The notes beneath the pieces are model-generated. The model saw only the letters and a program-made list of their open reading frames with translations, ran no database searches and had not been told where the DNA came from. From Lama glama (lineage: Eukaryota): a stretch of DNA of 64,000 nucleotides. This document shows positions 13,193 to 26,214 of the stretch, in pieces; the stretch's first letter is position 1; each line of letters begins with the position of its first letter. Both the position numbers and the translations under genes were made by a program. The stretch spans positions 32,490,001 through 32,554,000 of the forward strand of contig CM052817.1 of assembly GCA_028534125.1 (NCBI GenBank). Reading direction: 5' to 3'.

Positions 13193-13726
13193 AAATGATT
13201 AACTCATAGAAGACAGGGCTAGAGATTATATCTTATTCATGTTTGTACTTGGCCTTTCATAATGTTGTCTGACACATAAAAGTGTTGTACAGAAATAAAT
13301 ATTTTTGTGTAAGTGAAGAACTGTCTGAAAATGAGCTTCTATGAACCAATGTGGTGTGTAGTTAAGCAGCTATAGGTTAAGGGCCGATTGATCAGGTTTT
13401 AAAATACATTCAGGAGTGTTTTTTAACCTGAGTCCACCTGAAGCTGGTCAATAGAAAAATGTGTGAAAATATTCCAATCCCAGGATGAAAACTAAATCAT
13501 AGACCTGGAAGATTTGCTAATGGTATTGGAACTTACATTCCAGGAACCGTGTATACACAGAATATTCAGACTGCAAGCAGGATGAGATCACACTGGCTAA
13601 TTCCTCTCAAATGTTTCTACTGACATACCCCTCTTGGCCAAAGACAATGAACACATACTCTGACAGAGGTCTGTGTGAGAAATCTAGTGGGCCTGGGCCA
13701 AATGCAAGCAAGAAGTTTTTTGGAGT

Positions 13727-14437
13727 TTTTTTTTTTCTTTTTATTGAAAAGAAATGCTGTATTAGTTTCAGGTGTAACATACAGTATAGTGATTTAGTTT
13801 TACATATACATATATACATATATTCTTTTCCAGATTCTTTTCTATTATAGGTTATTATAAGATATTGGATATAGTTCCCTGTGCTATACAGTAGGACCTT
13901 GCTGTTTATCTATTTTATGTATAGTAGTGTGTAACTGTTAATACCATTCTCCTAATTTATCCCTCCCCATTTCTACTTTGGTAACCATAGCTTGTTTTCT
14001 ATGTCTGTGAGTCTATTTTTCATTTGTAAATAAGTTCATTTGTATCATTTTTTTAAAGATTCCACATATAGGTGACATCATGTGATATTTGTCTTTCTCT
14101 GTCTGCCTTACTTCACTTAGTATGATAACCTCTAGGTCCAACCATGTTGCTGCAAATGGCATTATCCCATCCTTTTTATGGCTAAGTAGTATTCCATTGT
14201 GTATATATATACCACAACTTCTTTATCCAGTCATCTGTTAATGAACATTTAGGTTGCTTCCATGTCTTGGCTATTGTAAGTGGTGTTGCCATGAACATTG
14301 GGGTGCATGTATCTTTTTGAGTTAGAGTTTTCTCTGGACATATACCCAGGAGTGGGATTGTTGGATCATATAGTAACTCTATTTTTAGTTTTTTTTAAGG
14401 ACTCTTCATAGTGTTCTCCAGAGTGGGTACACCAATT
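13727..14437 (-). mobile_element. Artiodactyl-type L1 3' end
   Basis: T-run, then atagttccctgtgctatacagtagg...cttacttcacttagtatgataa...catgttgctgcaaatggc; reverse complement of the 9917 element type. Confidence 0.92.
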
Positions 14438-14564
14438 ATTTGTTTTTAAAATGTTTATTCTACAATTGCTCCATAATATAATTGCATTTATTTTAATACA
14501 AAAGTGCTGGTTTACATTTTTCAGCTGAGTGATACAGTACTTCCATTTAAGAGGCAAGGACTTA

Positions 14565-14700
14565 TTCCTATTCTCCCATTTAACATGGGAGAAAACTCAC
14601 ACCCAGAAAGAGGGAGTGACTTGTTCAAGGCCACACAATGAATCTCTGGCAAACCTGGGGTTGGAACCCAGGTCTCCTGACCGCCAGTTCCATGACTAGA
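14565..14700 (-). mobile_element. MIR SINE
   Basis: cccatttaaca...gtgacttgttcaaggccacaca...gaacccaggtctcctgac. Confidence 0.75.
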
Positions 14701-14923
14701 TGCAGCCCTTCCACCTCACACTACACCAACAAGGTGCCATCTGATCTAGTAAATTCCACTTCTAAGATTCAATCCTAAAGAAAGAGATCCTAAAGATGTC
14801 AGGAAAGACCCAAAGATGTTATTTATATTAGATTTAAATTAGAAACCACCTAAATCTTTAATAATGGGAAAATGGCTAAACAAAATACATGTGACAGAAT
14901 ATTTGGTAGCTACTGAATATGAT

Positions 14924-15423
14924 NNNNNNNNNNNNNNNNNNNNNNNNNNNNNNNNNNNNNNNNNNNNNNNNNNNNNNNNNNNNNNNNNNNNNNNNNNNNN
15001 NNNNNNNNNNNNNNNNNNNNNNNNNNNNNNNNNNNNNNNNNNNNNNNNNNNNNNNNNNNNNNNNNNNNNNNNNNNNNNNNNNNNNNNNNNNNNNNNNNNN
15101 NNNNNNNNNNNNNNNNNNNNNNNNNNNNNNNNNNNNNNNNNNNNNNNNNNNNNNNNNNNNNNNNNNNNNNNNNNNNNNNNNNNNNNNNNNNNNNNNNNNN
15201 NNNNNNNNNNNNNNNNNNNNNNNNNNNNNNNNNNNNNNNNNNNNNNNNNNNNNNNNNNNNNNNNNNNNNNNNNNNNNNNNNNNNNNNNNNNNNNNNNNNN
15301 NNNNNNNNNNNNNNNNNNNNNNNNNNNNNNNNNNNNNNNNNNNNNNNNNNNNNNNNNNNNNNNNNNNNNNNNNNNNNNNNNNNNNNNNNNNNNNNNNNNN
15401 NNNNNNNNNNNNNNNNNNNNNNN
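14924..15423. other. Assembly gap (500 N)
   Basis: Run of exactly 500 n. Confidence 1.
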
Positions 15424-16148
15424 CAAATTGCTATCTATGGAAGCTTCTTGGAGTATGGGATCAGGCAAGCCTATGGTTCCCTAGGAAATGTGCCTGATCA
15501 AGCTGATAAGCGTTTTCTGATGGCTGGTCTGGGCCTGTATCCACAAGTAGAGCAGGGACACTCTGCCTCAATTTCTCCAAATTACCCCTACCCTTTCCTA
15601 TATGTCAAATCATCTTTTCAGTGGATACCATCAAGGCCAAGTAACATGCATGACACAAATTCTCAGTCTCTCTCTCTCTCTCTTCCTCTCTCTCTCTTTC
15701 AGTTTATTCGAGAGAGGATTTGAAGCCAAATCCTAAATTAAAATATTGCTCTAGACAGAGAGCACAGGAAGTATTAGAAGTTGAGAATTCAAGTATCTCC
15801 ATGTGTAGACACTACACTGCTGCTGCCCACCATAACTACCAATTGGCACTGCAGTTTGCCACTCTGGTTACTTGGGATGAGCACTTAGGTAAAGACCAAG
15901 CCATGGGGGCTTCATGGATTACAGGAAATATTTTCACTGTTAACTTCAGTTCACCCTTCCTAACTTCCCTGTTTACAATTCTGGAGAGACAGCACTAACT
16001 ACTTGAGTTTGAGCACATAACTTGCAAAGAAATTTCAATTAAGAATAAATTCAGGGTGTTAAGAAGGTAGCCTAGAAAGGTACAAGTATGGAAATCAACC
16101 AGAGCCTCTGTGTTTTTATGCTAATTTAAAAGAGTCACTATTAAGGGC

Positions 16149-16257
16149 GTGGTGTGTGTATGTATGTGTATATGTGCATATTTATATGTAATGTACGTGT
16201 ATGGTGTGTGTTATGTGTCAATGTGTGTGGTGAGAATGTGTGTGTGTGTGTGAGTGT
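16149..16257. repeat. Degenerate (TG)/(TA) simple repeat ending in a short (TG)n
   Basis: Directly visible. Confidence 0.85.
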
Positions 16258-17190
16258 TTTGAAGGATTATTATAGGGGTGGAGTGAGACTTACTGGTTAG
16301 AAGACTATGAATGAAACACAATTTGTCCACAGTTTTCAAAGCCAGTTGCTATTTTTATTTCCTGCCTCCTTGGCTCAAGAAAAGCTTTCAATATGAAGCT
16401 AAAACGGTTGAGTGTTGCTGAGTGAGCCAATAGGCCATCCCAGAGAAGTAATGGACCTCACCCCTAGTGAGATCAAAGCAGAACTCTCAGCTGGGAAGGA
16501 CCCCCATCAGCCCCAGACAAACCCAGTAATGAAAGAGCTTGGATTCTCCCCCCGAGGTGAGATTGTCTCGTTGGAGGCTCTGGTGATGCCAGGCAGATGG
16601 AGTTACAAAAATAACCACCCAGCCAGAACACTCACTGCCATGTGGCAATGAATTCATGTCATGACTGCACTTGCCAGAGTGATTTTATTCCCCAGTCAGG
16701 ATGAAGTGACTCTAATGGCTTCCACTTGGCTCCATATGGCCCCTCAATGTCCATTATTCCCTGCCATGGGCTTTTCTTTGGTCGTATTTTTTTCCTGTGA
16801 AATTTATTAAGAGGAAGAAAGGGACAAAGGATGAAATCCCAAATCCTTACTTACCCAGGTCTGGTAAAAGGAAGGAAAATTTTATGGAAAGTATATAGAA
16901 AGAAAAGACCAAATGAAATGAATACTTTTTCAGACTTTGCATCTTTAGTAAAATAAGAGTTTCCTGAACTAATATTTTATAATGTTATTTTGTTCTGGGT
17001 ATGTTGTGTGTTTCTGTTAATCCATTTGAAAAACGTTGTGCCACTATGTCTAGAGAACTGAAGTAATTAACAATATCAATTTCACCAGAAATATTCAGAT
17101 TATTGAGGTGCGAGGTTAAGGGCATGGATGTTGAGTTACCAGTTTCATCCTTTCTAGCTGTGGCTTCTAGCCCCTGTTCCCTAAACTAGT

Positions 17191-17786
17191 ATTCATTCAT
17201 TCATTCATTCATTTGTTCATTTACTACACATTTATTGTGCTCCTACTATGTGCTGGGCACTGTTCTAAGTACTGAGGATGTAGTGGTAAATAAGAAAGAC
17301 AGGGTTCTCATGGAGTTGACATTTCTGATGGGGTGTACAGACAATTAAAATATAGAAAAATCCATGAATGAAAAATAATACCAGCTCTTGAATGATACTT
17401 ACTAATAGCTGTTTCTTGTCATTCAGACCACAGCTGAAATGTTAACTCCTTAGAGAAACTTTGACTCCTCAAGTAATCCTTCTTTTTGTATTTGTTCTGA
17501 ATACATTTGATCTAAATAAAAAGGAAAGAATTGAATGACAAGAAAGAGTTATTCATGGGGGAAGAGCATTTGAAATTGAGGGAATAGAAAATACAAAGTC
17601 ATTTAGATGGAAGAGAGCTTGGTGTGTTTGAGAATGTGTGAGAAATTCAGCCTGCCCAGGCCCTGTGAGCCCAGTGAGGTGGGAGGAGAGTGGTACAAGG
17701 GTTTGATCAGCTGGATAGGTAGATAAAAGGGAATTTTAAAGCCCTTGGTAAAGAATTAGAGACTTTATCCTGAATGTGATGGAAAG
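17191..17786 (-). mobile_element. L2 3' part; continues after the nested LTR elements
   Basis: (attc)n tail, atttattgtgctcctactatgtgctgggcactgttctaag, later agactttatcctgaatgtgatggaaag. Confidence 0.85.
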
Positions 17787-18879
17787 TATACTAAGTTATC
17801 TACTGCTGTGTAACAAAACATGGATTGCTGTGATAGAACTGATGTTTGCCTCCAAGCTATTTCTTAATCTTATTCTTTGCCATTAGAAGAAGCCGAGAAT
17901 TTTCAAAACCTGCAAGTCCAGGCTCCTTTTGTTTAACGATCTTTCCTTGACTGTATCTTTTTTCTCTTGCGTTTAAACATAAGCAGGAAGAAGAACAGGA
18001 AGCTCCTTTAACGCTCTGCCTGGAAATTTCCTTACCTGGGTCAGCCAGTTCACTGGGCACATTTTCTGTTTCCCACAATCCCACAGTTTAGTGTTGCTAA
18101 ATTTTCTACCATTGTGTACTCCTTTCCTCCAATTTCTAGTGTCATTTTCTTCCTTCCCTTTAAGTTCTCTCTAGTAGCATCCTCTAGGGTCAGCGGGCTT
18201 CTGCTAATCCTTCCTCAAAACTCCTTAGATTTTTCACAAGCACACTTTCCTGAAGGTTCTTTCAGCTTCTACTCCTGTTGTCAAACCCAAATTCGTGGGC
18301 CCGAAGCACAGTGAGCCCAAACAAACAGAAACATCGGACTTTGGAGTAGAGAAAGGTTTATTGCAAGGGTCAAGCAGACAAGAAGGGTGGCTCGTGCTCA
18401 AAAGACCTAAAGGGAAGAAGCTGTTATAGGCAGAATTTGTGGGGAAGGCTCCTCCGATTGGTTGGTAATGAGGTAACAAGGTAGTGTTCCAGGAATCTCA
18501 ATCATCAGCCTTCTGGTTCCAACCAATCTGAGGTCCACATGCTTGTGCTCAGCCTGAAGTTACCATAATCCACCCGGGTGGGGGGCTAAGAGATGTGTAT
18601 CAAATTGTTATCCATGTTCCCTAAGGAGTTACTGAGGCTCTGCCCCATCGCTGCACTATATTTCTTTCGGCATTCCCTCACTCTCCTAATTAGTAATTGA
18701 ATCTGCCCTTTGGAAATTTAGGGAAGGTCTACCAGGCTGAAAGTTTTTTTCCTACAAACAAGAAATGGGGGACATGGAAAGGCTTTTATGCCCAGGAGGG
18801 CCCCACTGGGTCCTGCTCGGTATCAATTCCACATTCTGTTTTTCTTACGGTAGCACCTGACTTTCATATACCAAAATCT
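17787..18879 (-). mobile_element. MaLR remnant: short LTR end plus MLT1 internal sequence, interrupted by an ERV LTR
   Basis: agttatctactgctgtgtaacaaa LTR end; ctctgcctggaaattt and ttccacatt...ggtagcacc...taccaaaat resemble the MLT-int/LTR junction. Confidence 0.65.
18276..18825 (-). mobile_element. ERV solo LTR (ERV1-like, family not assigned)
   Basis: TG...CA termini; AATAAA on the minus strand (~18357-18362); flanks actcc/attcc (4/5 TSD). Confidence 0.8.
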
Positions 18880-19412
18880 ACAGTGGTTATCAGTCATGGA
18901 AAAAATTTCCCCAAAACCTAGTGGTGTAAAGCAACAGATATTTTTTATTTCACATAGTTTCTGAGAGTCAGGACTCTGGGAGCAACCTAGTTGGGTAGTT
19001 TCACTCACAGTCTCTCATGAGGTTATAATTAAGGTGTTGGCAAGGGTTGCAGTCACTGAAGACTTGACTGGGGCTGGAATGTCCACTTCCAATATGGCAC
19101 ATTCATATAACTGACAAGTTGGTGTTGGTTGTCAGCGAGAAACCTCAGTACTTGTCATGCAGCCAACTCCATGGGCTGCTTGAACGTCCTTGTGAAGTGG
19201 CAGCTGGTTTCCCCCAAAGCAAGTGATACAAGAAGAGGTAAGATGAAATCTGCAGTGTGTATGTCCTGGCCCTGGAATTTTCAAAGCATCAGGTCCACAA
19301 CATCCTAGTGGTTTCACAGGTCAGCCCTGTTCAATGTGGGAAGAGAATCTGCAAAGGCATGAATACAAGAAAGAAGATATCAGTGAGGCCATCTTTAAGG
19401 TTGACTACCACT
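18880..19412 (-). mobile_element. MLT1F-like LTR
   Basis: ccccaaaacctagtggtgtaaagcaac...gacttgactggggctgga...ggccatctttaaggttgactaccac. Confidence 0.85.
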
Positions 19413-19890
19413 AAGCCCTAAGATTTTTAGGCAAGAGAGTGACATGATCTGATTTATGTATTTAAAAGTTAGCCTGCTGCTGTACACAGATTGTGTTTTA
19501 GAGAGGCAAGAGTAGAAGACAGGAGATAGACCAGAGCCCAGCTGAATAGTAGCCCAGATGAGAGATGCTGGGGGCTTGGATTTAGGATGGTAGCAGAAGG
19601 TAGGTATCTTAAGTAAAGGGATTCATAATATATTTTAGAATTCTGTAATCAAGACTCGCTGAGGGATGTGGGAGGAAAGATTGTAACTGAGGTGGCAGCT
19701 GAGTTTTTGGTTTGCCCGGTCGGGTGGATGGTGATTCCAATTACTAGGATGGAGAAAAGTAGAGAAGAAGCAGGTTTGAAGAAAATCAAGAGTTCATTTC
19801 AGGATATGTACAATCCGAGATGCCTATTGCAAATCCAAGTACAAAGTTGCAGACAAGAATCAGGAGTGCAGGGGAAATGTTAGAGGCACA
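19413..19890 (-). mobile_element. L2 continuation
   Basis: ttttaggcaagagagtgacatgatctgattt...cagatgagagatg...aaatcaagagttcattt. Confidence 0.8.
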
Positions 19891-20039
19891 AAAGGGTTTA
19901 GGGAAGATGTAAAGAAATAAAAAAATACGGCACCAGGTGTATGTTCAAGAAATACAGAAGATACTATAGTTAAAACCCTCCCTCACTGATCTTCAAAGTG
20001 CTGCTGTATGTGGGGTCCCAGATTCCTGTTTCTTTCTTT

Positions 20040-22960
20040 TTCTCAACATCAGCCTATGATTAAGATATGATTGACTTACCAAAAATCTCACCCTTTTAAT
20101 ATGTGCAATTTAGTGACTAAGTATTCTCAGAATTATGCAACCATCACCACAATCTAGTTTTAGAATGTTTTTGTAACTCCTCCCCCTGCCAAAAAACCCT
20201 ATACCCAATAGCAGTCATTTTCCATTCCCGCTCCCACCCCACCCTCCACCCTGATCCCGGCACTCTCTCATCTACTTTCTGTCCGTATGGATTTGCCCAT
20301 TCTACTTCACAGAAATGAAGCCATGGAATATGTGGTCTGGCTTATTTCGGTTAGCAGAAGGTTTTCAAGGCTCACCGATGATTCAGCATGTGTCAGTCTT
20401 CATTTTTTTCATGGCTGAATAATATTTGGATATACAAAATTTGGTTTATTCTTTCACAGGTTACTGGACATTGAGGTGGTTTCCACTTTTTGGTTATTGT
20501 GAATAATGTTTCTCTGAACACATGTGTTTATGTTTTGTATGGACATATGTTTTTGTTTTTCTTGGGTATAGACTTAGGGGCAGAATTGCTGGGTCATAGA
20601 TTAACTGTATGTTTAACCTTTCAGAAACTTCCAAAGCAGCTGCACGATTTCACATTCCCACCAACAACAAAAGAAGGCTGCAATTTCTCCACTTCCACTC
20701 CAACACTTGATATCATCTGTCTTTTATTATTTCAGCCATCCTAGTAGAAGTGAAGTAGTATCTCATCATAGTTTTGCTCTGCATTTCCTTAATAACACTA
20801 TTAAACATTGTGTTGTGTGATTATTGGCAATTTGTACATCTTCTTTGGAGAAATGTCTACTCAAATAGTTTTCCTATTTATTAATTGGGTTATTTCTCTT
20901 GTTACTGTTGAGCTGTAAGCATTCTTTACATATTTTAGACGGAAGTCTCTTTTCAGATATGTGATTTGAAATATTTTCTCCCATTCTCTGGGTTGTCTTT
21001 TTTACTTTCTTAATGGTATCTTTTGAAGCACAGAAGTTTTAATTTTGATGAAGTCTGATTTATCTATTTTTATTTTGTTGCTTGGATTTTTTGGTACTGT
21101 TACTAAGAAACCATTGCCTAACTTGAGGTCACAAAGATTTACTTCTATGTTTCCTTCTAAGAATTTCATAGTTTTAATTTTACACTAGAGTAAATTTTTT
21201 TTAATATGGTTTGAGATAGGGGCCCAGCTTTATTCTTTTGCATGTGGCTATTCAGTTATTTTAGTACTATATTGTTTAAAAGACTACCCTTTCTCCAGAT
21301 TGTTGATTTGGTACCTTTGTCAAAAATCAACTGATCATGCATGTAAGAGTTTCTTTCCAGACTCTTGGTTCTATTCCACTGATCTATATGTTTATCCTAT
21401 GGCAGTACCACACAATCTTGATTATTGTAGTTTCGTAAATTAGTTTTGAAATGGGGACGTGTGAAGAATATTGTTCTTTTTCAGGATTGTATTGACTATT
21501 TCTGGTTCTGTCCTTCCATATTAATTTTAGAATTAACTTGGCAACTTTGAAAAAAAGATAGCTGGGAATTTGATAAAGAGTGTGCTGGAAATCTGACATT
21601 AATTTGGGTAACAATGGCCTCTTAATAACATTGCGCATTCCAACCTATGAACATGGGATGTTTTCCAATTGTTTAGGTCTTCTTCAATTGTTTTCTGCAG
21701 TGTTTTATAGTTTCTGTCATGCAGGTCTCACACGTCTTTCTTTAAATTTATTGCAAGTTATTTTATTATTTTTGATACAATTATAAATGGAATGGTTTGC
21801 TGAATTTTATTGCTGCATTTTTCATTGCTAGAGCATAGAAATAAAATTGATTTTTGAATACTGATCTTATATCCTTCAGCCTCCTGCCCTCAAAAGAATT
21901 TTTTGGTGGATTCCCAAGTATTTTTTACATATAAGATCATGTCATCTGAGAACAAGGAGAGTTTTACTTCTTTCTTTTCAATCTGGATAACTTTGTTTCA
22001 TTTTATTGCCTAATTGCCCTGGCTGGAACTTTCAATATTATGTCGAATGAGCGATGAAAAAAGACATCTTGTTCCTGACCTTAGGAGGAAACCTTTCAGT
22101 CTTTCACCATTAAGTTTGATGCTAGCTGTCAGTGTTTTGTAGATGCTTCATCAGTTTAACAGATTTCCCTTTTATTCCTAGTTTGATGCTTATTTTTATC
22201 TTGAAAGAGGGCTGGGTTTTATCAAATGCTTTTCCCCCCCATCTATTAAGATGATCATGTGTTTCTGTCCTTTATTCTGTTAATATGTTATGTTATATTA
22301 ACTAATTTTCAGATATCAAACCAAACCTGCATTTTTGGGTTAAATTCCACTTGATCATGTTGCATAATTCCTTTTTAATACATTACTAGATTAATTTCAT
22401 TAGCATTTTATTGAGGATTATTGCATCTATGTTCATAAGGGTGTTGGTCCATAATTTCCTTTTCTGTGATGTCTTTGTCTCTTTTTGGTAACAGGATTAT
22501 ACTGGCTTCATAGAATGAGCTGTGGACTATTTCCTCCTTTTCTATTTTTTTGGAAGAACTTGAAAAGAATTGGCACTAATTCCTCTTTACATGGTTAGTA
22601 GAATTCAGGAGTAAGTCCTCTGGGCCTGGGCTTTTCTTTGTGGAAAGTTTTTAAATGACTAAGTCAATCTGTTTACTTGTTCTAAGTTTATTTAAATTTT
22701 CCATTTCTTCTTGAGTCAGTTTTGCTGTTTTGTATTTTTTAGGAATTTCTCCATATCATCCAGATAAATTGATTATTCATAATATTTCCTTATAATCCTT
22801 TTTATTTCTGGAAGGTCAATGCTAATAGCTTTCTCCTTCATTCCTGATTTTAGTAATTTGAATCTTCGTTTTTTGGTTCTTGTTAGCCTAGCTACAGTTT
22901 TGTCAATTTTGTTAATATTTTCAAAGAATCAACATTTGGTTTTGTTGATTTTCTTTACTG
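20040..22960 (-). mobile_element. ~2.9 kb L1 (L1MB-like): 3'UTR plus decayed ORF2
   Basis: tgcaaccatcaccacaatcta 3'UTR; ttcacattcccaccaaca; ggcttcatagaatgag; ORF 21384-21638 has ORF2-like KLILKLIWK...IIKIVWYCHR; many stops. Confidence 0.92.
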
Positions 22961-24224
22961 TCTTCATACTCTCATCTATTGAGAAAGGCTCAGAGACTCC
23001 ACATTCGCCCTCCAAATATACAACATCACACTGTGTACAGCACTATATCGTTAGCAGTCAGTCCTTCAGGGATTCTTCTTCCAGCTTGCGTGTGAAGTCA
23101 AATCCAAAGAATCTGATATAATGCTCTGCAGAGGTTAAAAACGATCCAGCAAGTCAGTAGGGAGAAATGGACGCCCAGTTCCTATGTTGACTTTATTCCT
23201 TACATCTTGAATTTTCCCAGTTTGTAACAGTGAAACTTCTCCGCTGGGAAATCCTTGTTCACTTCAAGGCATGTACTCATTATTCCAGATAATAACTATA
23301 AAGTTTCCCCTAATAAAAATGAAATTCCAGCCAACATTTAAGATGAGCTCAACAGGAGACAAAAGTTTTACTTAAGATTTCCAGGTGCATACTTTAACAA
23401 TAGGAGCCAGTACAAAAATCTGCAGTGTTGGAAAATAACTGAAATTGTGATTATCCATACAAAAAAATTAATGCAGTCACTGATCTTTGCACACCAGGTG
23501 TTTCTAATTACCTCACCATTTATAGACTCGGTCTCTCCTCATAATTCTCTTTCCTCTTTCCAACAAAGATTTTTATGTTATAAAGATCTAGGCCAATATG
23601 TTATAATCCTAATGCTTTGGGTTTGCCATTCTCTCCTACTAATCACTGAATTGCTCATTGGAACTCTATTGATAGGACACTGGAAAGTTTATTGAGTGAT
23701 TACGGTATGTGCGTAGGGCATTGGATTAGGCACAATAGAAGGAAATCTCAAAGAAATCAAACACTTCAACAATAAATTTAATGTATGGGGGTAGACTGTG
23801 TACTGGAGGATGGACTGAACATGTACCTTTCTTAAATTACAAAAAGGGAAGATACGTAACATTAGAAGCATGATAAAACTGTCAAAAGTATACTAAATAT
23901 GCTGTGTTAGATCAGGACTGATTTTGTTTCTTTGGTGGTGTAAAAGTACAAATTGTTCTTGGAAAGAGAAACAGAAAGCAAGGAAATTTGGTTGCACCTT
24001 GCTAGGACAACTAATAATGAAACTTCCATTGAGATCCATTCTTTAAATAGCCATCACTACATCTGTCAATAAGCCTCTGCCCCCTAGTCTTAGTTTCCTC
24101 CTTCCCCAGTTCCCAAACCTCTGAGCCCCTCTTGCTTAGGACAGACCCTCCTGTAAATATATACCCCTGGAAGAATACAGATTCTTGCTTCAAGTCAGTT
24201 TATGCAGCCTGGACACATGGATGC

Positions 24225-24292
24225 CAGATTCTGCATTTTAAACAAGCTTTCATGTAACTGATGCTGGTGGTTCCAGGACCATACATTGAGTT
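24225..24292. mobile_element. MER5 fragment
   Basis: tctgcattttaaacaagc...gatgctggtggttccaggaccatacattgag. Confidence 0.6.
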
Positions 24293-25964
24293 GCTTGGAA
24301 TCATGAAGGTCCTGCTCTGTGCAAGGCATAATCTCAGTCCTAGAGGAACTTAAATTTCAGGTGCAGAGTCAAAGCACAGTAACAAAACAAAACAAACTGT
24401 AGAGAAAACAAGAGCAATATTTATTTATTTTTTCAACAAAATTTATCAGGTGTTTAGGAGCCCGGCAATTTACAAGCAAAATATCAGGCTGTTAAAATTG
24501 GACTCTTCTTGTCTCAATTTACCTGAGGTGTCAAGATACAGAAACCACATTCCAAAGTGAGGTGTGAGACCACCAAGCAGGACTTGCAACAAGAAGTTGC
24601 AGAAAACTGGGATAGCCCTTCACTGACCACTAATCTCCAGCCTTTGAAGTTAAGGAAAGAGTTGGAGGTGTGAGAAAGATGGTCAGAGAGAACTATTGGT
24701 GGGGGCCACCCTCCAGGAAGTAGCAGTAGGGGCAGGGGGGACTTCCTCTTAAACAAAAGTTAAAAGGGAGGGGCTCTGAGATAAGTTAACATGGGACCCT
24801 GCAGTTGGGGACCAGTAGATTAGATTCTGGTTAATGCCTGGGGAATCTAAAAGGTGGGAGGGGAGCAGCTGGTCTGTTGGAGGGCTTTCTCTGTAGGACC
24901 TCGCCTCCTTTTCTGCCAAAGGGTGTTTCCTCTCTCCTGCTCGCCTTTCATTGGCACTTTTCAGCCAAGGGCCTCAATGTGATTAATCATTGAACTCCTT
25001 GATGCCCTGGAGAGGTAGTTAGGTATCATTATCCCTAATGTCCAGCTGGACAAACAAAGGAGGTTGGCTGCGTTGACCTAGATCACACAGGGGGCAGGTT
25101 TGGGAGGAGAAATGGGCTGTATCCTCTGCAGCCAGAATGGGAACTTTGGGCAGGTCTCCCAGGGAAGAGTCCCAGTTCCTAGGCCAGAACTTTGAGCATG
25201 CCTCCTGCAAGTGCAGCAGTTCGTGGGGCATTTCGTAATTGTCAGGGTGTGTGAGCTGAGAGCAGCTGTGTGATGAAATCTGAGGGAGGGAAAATTTTTC
25301 TAAAATATCCTGTTTCCAACTTGCATCTGATTGGCAGAGAGAAAGAAATTTGTGCTGCTTTAATTGGCAAGGGAAATGTGCACCCAAAAGACTAGGATTT
25401 CCTGGCTTTATTTTAAATTTTCAATTAAAAGATATATGTAATTTTTGAATGAGTGCTTACACACCTTAGCTCGCAAGCTTTTGGCAGCAACAAACTGTGT
25501 CCCCAGAGCTCTCTAGAAAAGCTGCCCTATGCTTAGTAACTATGAAACAATTCAAATAAGCCGTGAACTAGCATGGGAGTGGAGTGGGGGTAGGTGGAAA
25601 CAGAGATAAATATAATACAGTCCCTTCTTCCTGAAGCGTACAACCTAAATATTGATAAATATAAAATTCTGATTTACTTAGGGTTAGATTCTAAAATCAG
25701 TGACGAAACAGAAAATCTCACTTGATCAAAATTACCCTTGAAACATTCTTTGACTTGTCTATCAAGGGTTGCATACAAGAGTTGTGCATATAAATTGTGC
25801 AATAATTCTTATACCCTTTAAATTTTAAAGACTGTAGGAGTCATAGTGTGAGGAACAAAAGAGGTTGTGTAGTTTGAACATTCAGACTTGCCTACCTGTA
25901 AGACAGTTATCCAAGACCTAGCTGCGATGGGGAGGTGGACTGTAATATCATACAGTGGATCTGC

Positions 25965-26170
25965 TTAGATTCTCTGCATAACAAACTACCTCAAAACTCA
26001 GTGTGGCTTAAAATAGCAATCATTTTCCTCATGGGGCTGCTGATCAGTTGAGTGTCAGCTCTCTGGGCTGGGCTGGGACAGCTCAGCTTTGCTCCACATT
26101 GTCTTCATCCTTCCCCTGAGACCAGTGACCTAGCCTGGGCATGTCTTTTTCATGGCAGAGGCTCAAAATC
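25965..26170 (-). mobile_element. Old MLT1 (I/J-like) LTR fragment
   Basis: tgcataacaaactacctcaaaactcagtgtggcttaaaatagcaa...ctgggcatgtctttttcatggcagagg. Confidence 0.7.
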
Positions 26171-26214
26171 ACAAGACTTTACAGTGATAGGAATAGAGAG
26201 GATAGTAGCAGAAA

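Noticed and set aside
14839..15497. Three ~200 aa ORFs
   Set aside because: Artefacts of translating through the 500-N gap
23204..23310. Minus-strand exon-like stretch (ttttattag...GAT|gtaagg)
   Set aside because: Stops in all three frames from the acceptor, weak donor and no partner exons
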